In this document: in pieces, positions 16,760 through 24,614 of the stretch | Position numbering within the stretch: position 1 is the first letter of the stretch | Layout: the number at the start of each line of letters is the position of its first letter | The notes under the pieces: generated by a model | The model's input: the letters and a program-made list of their open reading frames with translations, nothing else | What the model was told of the DNA's origin: nothing | Databases searched by the model: none | Translations under genes and position numbers: made by a program | NCBI RefSeq assembly: GCF_001017655.1 | Contig: NZ_CP010904.1 | Span: forward strand, 1,080,001 to 1,112,000 | Source: Kiritimatiella glycovorans | GTDB lineage: Bacteria > Verrucomicrobiota > Kiritimatiellia > Kiritimatiellales > Kiritimatiellaceae | Length of the DNA stretch: 32,000 nt | Reading direction: 5' to 3'

Positions 16760-18456
16760 ACCTGCTTTGGCTGCTGGGTTTTGTCTTCGCGCTGGGAGGG
16801 GCGCCGACGGAGTATCGACTGACCGACGATTTCGGCGCGATCCCCGATGATGGGATGGACGATGCCCCGGCCCTCCGGGCCGCGCTCGAACAGGCGGTGA
16901 CGGAGGGGGGCGTCACGCTGATTATTCCTCCGGGCACGTACGAAATCGACTCGCGCGTTTGTGTGACCGGCGCGGTCGGGGTTCTCCGGATCGAAGGGCG
17001 CGGCCATAATATCAGCCGTCTGATGGGCAACAACCACGACGGGGTATTGAAGATCGTGTCGACGGACCCGAGGTCGCGGGTCGAGATCCGCGATCTGGAT
17101 GTGGTCCCCTCCGTGCCTTCGGCGGGTACCGGACTGGACCTGAGCAAACCCTACAGCGAACCGGCGACCCTGACGTACAACCTGCTGCTCAACGCCGTGG
17201 AAATGCGTTGCGACGACCGGATGACGGATTATTTCGACCGCTCCATCGTGCTCGACGGATGGATGCCGCTGATCGATACCGTGGCGACGTCCGGACCGTA
17301 TGGCCCGGATATCACCGAAGTGGAACAGGCCTGGGCGGAGTCGTCGATTGTGATGCGGAGGGCCTATCGCCCCCGTATCCGGTACTGTTATTTTTGGTCC
17401 TCCCGCATGGGCGTCGATATTGAGTTCACCGACACCCCGGAGGCCCCCGTTCTCGACGGGGTGGTGTCGGTGGGAACCGGACACGGCATCCGTATCGTCA
17501 ATACGGGGGGCGCCCTGACCCATCCGCTTCGAATCGTCAAGAATCACTGGAACCCGCGCACCATGGGGTTGACGCTGGAGAACGTGGACGGTTTTCAGGT
17601 CGTTGAAAACGTCCCCTATCACCAGCCTTCGGAATATACGTCCGGGGATTATCGCGATGTGAACCTGATCGCTTCTTCACAGGGGGTCATCGAGGATAAC
17701 GTCTTCTGGTTCGGCGGGGATGCGCTCCGTCCCCTGGTCTTCGCCGATGCGGATTCGGAAGCGATCGTCGTTCGCCATAATCATTTCGGGAATCAGACGT
17801 CGAAACAACCGGTCGTGCCCGAGGAGGGCAGCCGGAATATCCTGGTTCAGAGCAATGTGTACGGATCAGTCTACGCGAACGACGAGGCGAATACGTTTGG
17901 TCTGTGGAACATGGAGACCAACGCGGCGGGCCAAATCGCCGATGTCGTCACCCTCGGTTCGCCCCGGAACAATCCCCTCGTGCTCTCGGGGGGTGCCCAA
18001 TCCCGGTTCGAGGGATCTACGTCTCCTGAGATCCGGCCCGCCCTCTTTTTCGACGAAAAGGATCACCGGGCCGACAGCACGCAGAACTGGCCGGGATCAC
18101 GGGGCGTGATGATCGATGCTTATATCTACCGGGATTCCGGCGCCCTCATTCTCGTCCAGCCCGACGTCTATCGGCTTCGAGCTTCCGGCGACGATCTGGT
18201 CTTTGAATTCACAGGGTGCGACGAAACGGTCACGGAACTGGTGGTCGAAGACGCGGTCCGTAAACCTCAATGGCGCAGGGTGCGCGCGGAAGTAAACCCG
18301 GAGACCGGTATGGCCTGTCTCGAAGTGGACGGCGTGGGATCGGATCGTCGCGTATTCGATTCGCTCGAGCTCGCGTCCGCGTCGTTCACGCTCCGGGTGT
18401 CTCCTCAGGGGTTTATCGGCGCCGTCGATCAGCTCTGGATCCGAAGCCTGAGGTAA
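16756..18456 (+). CDS. Paralogous right-handed beta-helix protein with a C-terminal LamG/concanavalin-like module; function unknown
   Basis: The GTG start overlaps the upstream stop (GTGA). YRLTDDFGAIPDDGMDDAPALRAALEQAVTEGGVTLIIPPGTYEI is the same opening motif as the upstream gene. The C-terminal ~150 aa look like a jelly-roll fold. Confidence 0.72.
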   Translation: MNLLWLLGFVFALGGAPTEYRLTDDFGAIPDDGMDDAPALRAALEQAVTEGGVTLIIPPGTYEIDSRVCVTGAVGVLRIEGRGHNISRLMGNNHDGVLKIVSTDPRSRVEIRDLDVVPSVPSAGTGLDLSKPYSEPATLTYNLLLNAVEMRCDDRMTDYFDRSIVLDGWMPLIDTVATSGPYGPDITEVEQAWAESSIVMRRAYRPRIRYCYFWSSRMGVDIEFTDTPEAPVLDGVVSVGTGHGIRIVNTGGALTHPLRIVKNHWNPRTMGLTLENVDGFQVVENVPYHQPSEYTSGDYRDVNLIASSQGVIEDNVFWFGGDALRPLVFADADSEAIVVRHNHFGNQTSKQPVVPEEGSRNILVQSNVYGSVYANDEANTFGLWNMETNAAGQIADVVTLGSPRNNPLVLSGGAQSRFEGSTSPEIRPALFFDEKDHRADSTQNWPGSRGVMIDAYIYRDSGALILVQPDVYRLRASGDDLVFEFTGCDETVTELVVEDAVRKPQWRRVRAEVNPETGMACLEVDGVGSDRRVFDSLELASASFTLRVSPQGFIGAVDQLWIRSLR

Positions 18457-18467
18457 ACCGGTCTCAT

Positions 18468-18656
18468 GTGAAAGTCGTGCCTTCGCCGAAGGGCGTCGTT
18501 CCGGTACGCTGGGAGCGACGGGGTGGACGCCTGCATCTCACGGTGACCGTCCCGCCGGAGAGCCGGGCCATCCTGTGCTGGCCGGGTGGCGCGGAACAGG
18601 AACTCGAGGCGAGCGATTACGAGCTGATGGAACCGGAAGGGAGTGAGGAGGCATGA
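18468..18656 (+). pseudogene. 62-codon remnant (or mini-ORF) homologous to the C-terminal beta-sandwich of GH78 rhamnosidases
   Basis: VKVVPSPKGVVPVRWERRGGRLHLTVTVPPESRAILCWPGG aligns with the intact gene's SIPSPYGPIVSNWKCGDGEAQLHIEIPPNTTATVYVPGS (near 11800-11920). It has a GTG start, and its TGA overlaps the ATG of the next sulfatase (ATGA). Confidence 0.6.
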
Positions 18657-20416
18657 AGCTAAAAAGATGGACGATCCTTCTGTTGGGGTGGCTCGGGGTC
18701 ACCGCTTCGCTCCGGGCGGAACGGCCGAACGTGGTGATCATGATCGCTGACGATGCCGGGTGGGGCGATTACTCGAGTTCCGGTAACGAGAGCGTGCGGA
18801 CACCCCATATCGACTCGCTGGCGCGCGACGGCGTGCGGCTGGACCGGTATTTCGTCCAGCCCGCCTGCGCCCCGACGCGGGCGGAACTGCTGACGGGGCG
18901 GTGCGCGCTTCGCAGCGGAGTGGGCGGCGTGTCGGGCGGGAACGAACGCATCGATCCCGCCGAGAAGACGATCGCCGATTGTTTTCGCTCGGCTGGCTAC
19001 GCCACGGGGATCTTCGGCAAATGGCACAACGGCGCGCAATGGCCCTACGTGCCGGCCGCGCGCGGCTTTGAGGAGTCGCGTTGCTTCATGCACGGACAGG
19101 GCGAGACCTATTACGACGAGGTCTTTGAAGACGAGCGCGGGACGCAGGTGAAAAGTCGAGGGTATATCGACGAAGTCTCCACACAGAACGCCATCGAGTT
19201 CATCCGGCGTCATCGCGACGAACCGTTTTTCTGTGTCTTGCCGTTCGCCCTGCCGCACAAGCCCTGGATCGTGAAACCAAAGGATTGGGCGCGCTGGAAG
19301 GACCGGAAAATACCGCAGGACGGAAATCGTCCGAACCAGGAAGACAAGGACGCGACGCGGGCGGCGATGGCCATGCTGGAAAATCAGGACGCGAACGTGG
19401 GCTGTGTGCTCGAGGCGCTGGACGCGCTCGGGCTGGAGGAGAACACCGTGGTGATCTACTTCTCCGACAACGGTCCGAACGAGTGGCGCTGGAACGGCGC
19501 CATGAAGGGCATCAAGGGATGGGCGGAGGAGGGCGGGGTGCGGTCGATCTGTCACGTGCGTTATCCCGCGGCGTTTCCTTCCGGCCGGACGGTCGAAGAG
19601 ATTACGAGCGTCCTGGACTGGCTTCCGACGCTTACCGCGCTGGCGGAGATCCCGCGTGTGGGCGATAGGCCGCTCGACGGACGCAATATCCTGCCGTTAT
19701 TGACGGGAGAGATGGAGGGCCCATGGCCGGACCGGAACCTCTACTGCTGGTGGCATGGTGGAGCTTCCGTGCGCACGCAGCACTATCGACTGGGATCGGA
19801 CGGGGGGCTGTACGATATGCGTGGAGATCCCCTGCAGACCACGGACATCGCTGCGCAGGAGCCGGAACGTGCGGCCGGTCTGAAACGCGCCCTGGAGGCG
19901 TGGAAGTCTCAGATGCCGCTTTTTCAGCCGGGCTACGAAAAGCCGCCGTTCGGCGTCGGCTATCCCGAATTTCCGATCACGCGGCTGGACGCGAGCGAGG
20001 GGATCGGAAGGGGCGGGATCCCGCGCAGCGGCGCCGCGCCGAACAACTCCTGGTTCGACTGGGAGCATCCGGATCGTGAGATCTACTGGCCGGTCGAGGT
20101 TCAAACCGCCGGCCGGTACCACGTGCAGATCGACTACACCTGTCCGGAAGAAGACGTGGGCTCGCTGATCGAGGTCTCCTTCAAGACGTGCGCCCTGACC
20201 AATCGCCTCTCGGTTGCGCACGACCCGCCCTGTATCGACGACGACACCGTGCCGCGGTCCCGACGCATCTCGGGGTACAAGGAGTTCAGGGAATGGGATT
20301 TCGGGGTGATGGATCTGCCTGCGGGGCGGGATGCGTTGCGTATTCGTGCGCTTGAGGTGCCGGGCGATAGCGTGATGGACGTGCGGCGGATTACCCTGAC
20401 GCTCATGCCAAGGTAG
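18653..20416 (+). CDS. Secreted formylglycine-dependent sulfatase (S1 family) with an extra C-terminal beta-sandwich (CBM-like) module
   Basis: Signal peptide, RPNVVIMIADDAGWGDY, and the C-x-P-x-R signature in PACAPTRAELLTGR, plus GKWHNG and FSDNGP. The C-terminal ~130 aa (EIYWPVEVQTAGRYHVQIDYTCPEE...LRIRALEVPGDSVMDVRRITL) lie outside the sulfatase fold. Confidence 0.9.
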   Translation: MKLKRWTILLLGWLGVTASLRAERPNVVIMIADDAGWGDYSSSGNESVRTPHIDSLARDGVRLDRYFVQPACAPTRAELLTGRCALRSGVGGVSGGNERIDPAEKTIADCFRSAGYATGIFGKWHNGAQWPYVPAARGFEESRCFMHGQGETYYDEVFEDERGTQVKSRGYIDEVSTQNAIEFIRRHRDEPFFCVLPFALPHKPWIVKPKDWARWKDRKIPQDGNRPNQEDKDATRAAMAMLENQDANVGCVLEALDALGLEENTVVIYFSDNGPNEWRWNGAMKGIKGWAEEGGVRSICHVRYPAAFPSGRTVEEITSVLDWLPTLTALAEIPRVGDRPLDGRNILPLLTGEMEGPWPDRNLYCWWHGGASVRTQHYRLGSDGGLYDMRGDPLQTTDIAAQEPERAAGLKRALEAWKSQMPLFQPGYEKPPFGVGYPEFPITRLDASEGIGRGGIPRSGAAPNNSWFDWEHPDREIYWPVEVQTAGRYHVQIDYTCPEEDVGSLIEVSFKTCALTNRLSVAHDPPCIDDDTVPRSRRISGYKEFREWDFGVMDLPAGRDALRIRALEVPGDSVMDVRRITLTLMPR

Positions 20417-20550
20417 GGACGGTGTCTCATCCGTCCGGAAAAGCGGCCCCAGTTAGGGACGGACCTCCGGGCCGTCCGCAAAACCGGCGCGCATAGCCTG
20501 TCCGCCGAAGGCATAAAGAGCCGAAGGCGGAGAGATCGCGCCCTACCCAG
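20414..20550 (+). repeat. REP-like hairpin cluster: two TAGGGACGG hairpins plus a degenerate copy of the middle part of the 140-bp unit
   Basis: TAGGGACGGtgtctcatCCGTCC at 20414-20436; its TAG is the stop codon of the sulfatase. TAGGGACGGACCtccGGGCCGTCC at 20454-20477. Then gcaaaaccggcgcgc...gagagatcgcgccctacc, which resembles unit positions about 37-70 of the 31139-32000 array with an insertion. Confidence 0.8.
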
Positions 20551-20579
20551 AACACCCAACCCAAAAAGATATCCAGCAG

Positions 20580-20711
20580 TTCTCATTATGGCCGCATTCC
20601 GACCGCGGACGGCGTGGCAGCCGTCCCTCCCGAGTCGATATCCGACGCATTTTCGGGCACTGGGAGGGTCGGGTGCCACCCCGACCGAAAAGGGTGAAGC
20701 CATAATGAGAA
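20580..20711. repeat. 132-bp module bounded by perfect 13-bp inverted repeats and enclosing an inverted A/B hairpin pair (MITE-like)
   Basis: ttctcattatggc (20580-20592) is the exact reverse complement of gccataatgagaa (20699-20711). Inside are GGACGGcgtggcagCCGTCCCTCC (reverse orientation of the A hairpin) and GGAGGGTCGGGtgccacCCCGACC (B hairpin). Confidence 0.7.
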
Positions 20712-20781
20712 TCGCTGAAAGATATCACAGGAATCTGGTCGCATGATCGAATATTCGTTACGGTGACCGCTTTATTCGGAA

Positions 20782-22845
20782 ATGCGGGCCGGGATTCAGC
20801 GGGAGAGGGATGTGCGTATCGGCATCAGTCATCGGGTTGGGGTCGGGTGCGGGCTATTTATGTGCGCGGCGGCGATGGTCTGCGGCGCCCCGGAATGTCC
20901 CGTTTATGAGCCGCTTCTGCTGCGTGAGATTCAGCCGCGGGGATGGATGGCAGGTCAGCTGCGGAACGATGCCCTGCGCGGCGTGGCCGGAAATCTTCAG
21001 AAAGTCCGTCCCCAGTACACCCCTGCCACCTGGGTACACAAGACGGGCAGTGCGGGAGCGGCGGAACTGACCGGCAACTGGCTGGACGGCTATACGCGCA
21101 TGGCGTACTACGGAGGCTACGCCTCCGAACGAAGCAAGGTTAACCGCTATGTCCGCGAGATCCTCGATGCGCAGGAACCCAGCGGATACGTCGGGAACAT
21201 GCCCGCGGATCTGCGCTGGAAGCGTCTCAATCGCGACCTCTTCAATGAGTCACGCACGGGGGTGGCGCTGCTCGCCTACTACGAGATGACCGGCGAGCAG
21301 GAGGCGCTGGATGCCGTGATCGCCACGGCGGATGTGATCATGGCGAATTACAACGAGGACAATCCGCCGTTTATCTACCAGCCCGGCGATGAGAATTACC
21401 GCGCGGAACCGGTCGAGGGCGAAGAGGGCGCGGACGATTTCGTCGATGACGGCGACCCTGCCAAGCCGAAGCCCCGCAAGATCAACGGCCACGTCCTCAT
21501 GTACGTGGATGTGTGCGAATGGCTCTACCGCCTGACCGGGGAGAAGAAATACGTGGAGTACGCCGAGTTCCTCTATCGGCAGTACTCGGAATCGAACGAT
21601 ATCGGGCCGGACGATATTAAGCTGGACGTCCTGCTCGACCCGGAAATTCCGCTGGAGGGACATGGCGCGCATGTCGCCGAACACTTCCGCGTTCCCTTTT
21701 TTCTGGCCTGTGCGACGGGGAAAGACATTTATTACAAGGCGTCGCAGGCCGCGCTGGAGAAGTTCAGCCGGTTTCGCACCCCGAGCGGGGCGCTGGTCAG
21801 CGACGAGGGTGTACACGGGCAGATGCCGCTTCCGGAACAGGGATACGAGTACTGCGCGACGACCGAGATGACCGCCAGTCTTGCCTCCGCGCTCCAGAAA
21901 TTCGGCAACCCGGAGGTCGGCGACTGGATCGAGTGGCTCGTGTTCAATGCCGCTCAGGGGGCGCGCACACCGGACGGCACCATGATCAATTATCTGTCCG
22001 CCGCGACCGTCACCCGTGCTAAAGAACGCATGAATCTGGGATACCCGCATAACTCCAACGGACGCTGGCACTATTCGCCCGCCCATCAGGTCGGCGGTTC
22101 CTGCTGCACGGCCAACGCAGTCAAACTGATGCCTTATTACGTCGGGTCGATGTGGATGCGATCCGCGGACGGGGCGGGGCTGGCGGCGCTTTTGCTGGGT
22201 CCGTCCGAGGTGCGTACGCGTGTCGGAGGGGTCCTGGTCACGATTCGGGAAGAGACGGGCTATCCTTTCGAAGATCGGGTTCGTTTTCATTTTGAGACGG
22301 CCGCGCCGGTGGAATTTCCCTTCGAGGTACGAATCCCCGGCTGGGCCGGTTCCGTGGAGACCTACGCCCCGCGGGCCGCGGTTACAGAGGGGAAGGGGCG
22401 GAAGATATTCCGCAAGAAGTGGCGTACCGGGGATACCGTGGAGCTGAAGTTCGGGCATCCGGTTCGCCTCCGCGAATGCGTGAACGGCGAGGTCGCGATC
22501 GCTCGCGGCCCTCTGCTCTATGCGCAGCCCCTCCCGGCCGAAAAGAAGGTCCTGAAGAAATCCAGAGGCGGCGTCCCCGAATTTACCGAATGGGAACTCC
22601 TGCCTGAGAGCGGAGAGCCCGCGGCCCCCTGGAGCATCGCGCCCATCAATCCCGATGCGGGATTCAAGGCCGTTGAAAATCCCGCCTACGATCCCGAAAG
22701 ACCGTGGGCCCATCCGCGCTGGTTTCTCGAAGGACCTCTATACCTGCGACGGGGTAAGGGCGCGGTTTCACGTCTGAAGCCGCTCGGGTCGACCTTTCTC
22801 CGCCAGGCCGCCTTTCCCGTCCGCCGGGATGTCTCTCCGCCATGA
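20782..22845 (+). CDS. GH127-like glycoside hydrolase (DUF1680, beta-L-arabinofuranosidase family); start codon uncertain
   Basis: 687-aa ORF with the Glu-x-Cys and Cys-Cys motifs characteristic of the Zn/Cys active site of GH127 (GYEYCATTEM; GGSCCTANAVKLMPYY). No obvious RBS precedes 20782, and an in-frame ATG at 20860 is an alternative start. Confidence 0.8.
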   Translation: MRAGIQRERDVRIGISHRVGVGCGLFMCAAAMVCGAPECPVYEPLLLREIQPRGWMAGQLRNDALRGVAGNLQKVRPQYTPATWVHKTGSAGAAELTGNWLDGYTRMAYYGGYASERSKVNRYVREILDAQEPSGYVGNMPADLRWKRLNRDLFNESRTGVALLAYYEMTGEQEALDAVIATADVIMANYNEDNPPFIYQPGDENYRAEPVEGEEGADDFVDDGDPAKPKPRKINGHVLMYVDVCEWLYRLTGEKKYVEYAEFLYRQYSESNDIGPDDIKLDVLLDPEIPLEGHGAHVAEHFRVPFFLACATGKDIYYKASQAALEKFSRFRTPSGALVSDEGVHGQMPLPEQGYEYCATTEMTASLASALQKFGNPEVGDWIEWLVFNAAQGARTPDGTMINYLSAATVTRAKERMNLGYPHNSNGRWHYSPAHQVGGSCCTANAVKLMPYYVGSMWMRSADGAGLAALLLGPSEVRTRVGGVLVTIREETGYPFEDRVRFHFETAAPVEFPFEVRIPGWAGSVETYAPRAAVTEGKGRKIFRKKWRTGDTVELKFGHPVRLRECVNGEVAIARGPLLYAQPLPAEKKVLKKSRGGVPEFTEWELLPESGEPAAPWSIAPINPDAGFKAVENPAYDPERPWAHPRWFLEGPLYLRRGKGAVSRLKPLGSTFLRQAAFPVRRDVSPP

Positions 22846-24305
22846 ATGCTGATGTTCAATCGATAAATCCGGATTTTGGTGATTATCTGCGCGACGAGTC
22901 GCGCCGCGCGGGTTCGGCCGAATCGATTTGCTTCGCCGGAACGGAAGCGGAGGTGCGTGAGGTGCTCGTGTGTAGCGGGCGTGTCACCCTGCAGGGCGCG
23001 CGGACCGGTATCACCGCCGGGGCCGTCCCGGAGGGGGGTACGATTCTCAATCTGAGCCGCATGAATCGGATCGGTGCAATAAAAGAGGGCCGAATTAAGG
23101 TCCAGCCCGGCGTCCTGCTTTCGGACTTGAACGAGGATCTTGAGCGCGAAGGTCTCTTCTTCCCGCCCGATCCCACGGAGACTTCGGCGTCGATCGGCGG
23201 CATGCTCGCCTGCAACGCCTCGGGCGCGATGAGTTTCCACTACGGCCCGACGCGACGGTGGGTCCGAGCGCTGCGAATCGTGCTGCCCGGCGGCGATACC
23301 CTGCAGCTCGAACGCGGACAGAAGGCCGAGGGACGGCGATTCCGCCTCACGACCGAAAGCGGAAGGGAAATCGACGGCGAACTGCCCAGCCTGCCGATGC
23401 CCGAGGTGAAGAACGCGGCGGGCTATTACGTCCGTCCGGATATGGACCTGATCGATCTTTTTATCGGCATGGAGGGTACGCTGGGGGTCATCACGGAGGC
23501 CGAGCTGGAACTGCGTGCCGTGCCCGCCGCGCGGACGGCCCTCTGCGCATTTTTCCCCGACGAGAGCGGGGCGCTGCGGTTTGTCCGTGCACTGCGCGAT
23601 CAACTCGACCCGGTGGCGATCGAGTTTTTCGGCCACCATGCGCTCGATCTCTTGCGCCGCGCCCGGACGGAGCATGCCGCCTTTGCCGATCTGCCGGAAT
23701 TGGCCCCGCATTTTAACACGGCGATCTATTTCGAGTTCCACGGAGGGAAGGAAGATGAGGTCGAGGCTTCCGTTGTGCAGGCGGCGGAACTCATAGTTGA
23801 ATGCGGGGCGGGGGAGGACGACTGCTGGATCGCCGAAACCCCGCGCGATATCGCCGTGCACAAGGCCTTTCGCCACGCCACGCCGGAGGCCGTCAACCTT
23901 TTGATCGATGAACGAAGGAAGGCGTATCCGAGCCTCACCAAGCTCGGTACGGACATGGCCGTGCCGGACGCGCACCTGGAGGAAACACTTTGCCTCTACC
24001 GCAGCGACCTCGACGGAGCCGGCCTCGAATATGTAATCTTCGGCCATATCGGCGACAACCACGTCCATGTCAATATTCTCCCGCGCGATCCCGCCGAGCT
24101 GGAGCAGGGGAAGAAACTCTACCTCAAGTGGGCGGATCAGGTCGTCGCCATGGGCGGTTCCGTCTCCGCGGAACACGGGATCGGAAAGATCAAGGTGCCG
24201 CTGCTGGAGATCATGATCGGACAGGAAGGGATCGATGCCATGCGCCGGCTGCGGCGAATCTTCGACCCGGAGGAACGGCTGAACCGGGGGAATCTGTTCG
24301 CGTAA
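22842..24305 (+). CDS. FAD-binding oxidoreductase, GlcD / D-lactate dehydrogenase family (PCMH-type FAD_binding_4 plus FAD-oxidase C domain)
   Basis: VTLQGARTGITAGAVP, VQPGVLLSDLNEDLEREGLFFPPDPTETSASIGGMLACNASG, FGHIGDNHVHVNILP, SAEHGIGKIK. The ATG overlaps the GH127 stop (ATGA). Confidence 0.88.
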   Translation: MNADVQSINPDFGDYLRDESRRAGSAESICFAGTEAEVREVLVCSGRVTLQGARTGITAGAVPEGGTILNLSRMNRIGAIKEGRIKVQPGVLLSDLNEDLEREGLFFPPDPTETSASIGGMLACNASGAMSFHYGPTRRWVRALRIVLPGGDTLQLERGQKAEGRRFRLTTESGREIDGELPSLPMPEVKNAAGYYVRPDMDLIDLFIGMEGTLGVITEAELELRAVPAARTALCAFFPDESGALRFVRALRDQLDPVAIEFFGHHALDLLRRARTEHAAFADLPELAPHFNTAIYFEFHGGKEDEVEASVVQAAELIVECGAGEDDCWIAETPRDIAVHKAFRHATPEAVNLLIDERRKAYPSLTKLGTDMAVPDAHLEETLCLYRSDLDGAGLEYVIFGHIGDNHVHVNILPRDPAELEQGKKLYLKWADQVVAMGGSVSAEHGIGKIKVPLLEIMIGQEGIDAMRRLRRIFDPEERLNRGNLFA

Positions 24306-24585
24306 TGGAGGGACGGCTGAACCGGGAAACTATGGTTGCGTGTGGAGGGACGGGTTCCACCCCGTCCGTTCTTCTGGAGGGACGGGTTCCACCCCGTCCG
24401 CATAGAAAAAAAACGGGTTCCATCTCGTTCGTTCTTCTGGAGGGACGGGTTCCGCCCCGTCCGCTGAGGAGGGTCGGCGTGGAAGAGACGGGTTCCACCC
24501 CGTCCGTTGTGAGGGATCCCCTGGAGGGACGGGTTCCACCCCGTCCGCTGAAAAGGGCGTGGAATCCGACCCTCCATGAATGGGC
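24306..24585 (+). repeat. Cluster of REP-like hairpins, including a 4x tandem 32-bp repeat
   Basis: GGAGGGACGGGTTCCACCCCGTCC at 24343, 24375, 24438 (one substitution) and 24522, and a degenerate copy at 24481. A 32-bp period (hairpin + gttcttct) links 24343/24375/~24406/24438, with the third copy half replaced by an A-run. B-type halves occur at 24467-24481 and 24555-24574. 24508-24550 matches the start of the 140-bp unit (gtgagGgatcccctggagggacgg...). Confidence 0.85.
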
Positions 24586-24614
24586 CATGAATTACGGACG
24601 AGGGGAGAGCATAC

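Noticed and set aside
24343-24545. Possible CRISPR array, given regularly spaced palindromic 24-nt repeats. The same question applies to 31139..32000.
   Set aside because: The spacers are 8 nt and identical (gttcttct) in the 32-bp repeat. In the 140-bp array the whole unit, including inter-hairpin sequence, is repeated. There are no unique spacers, no leader and no cas genes in the window.
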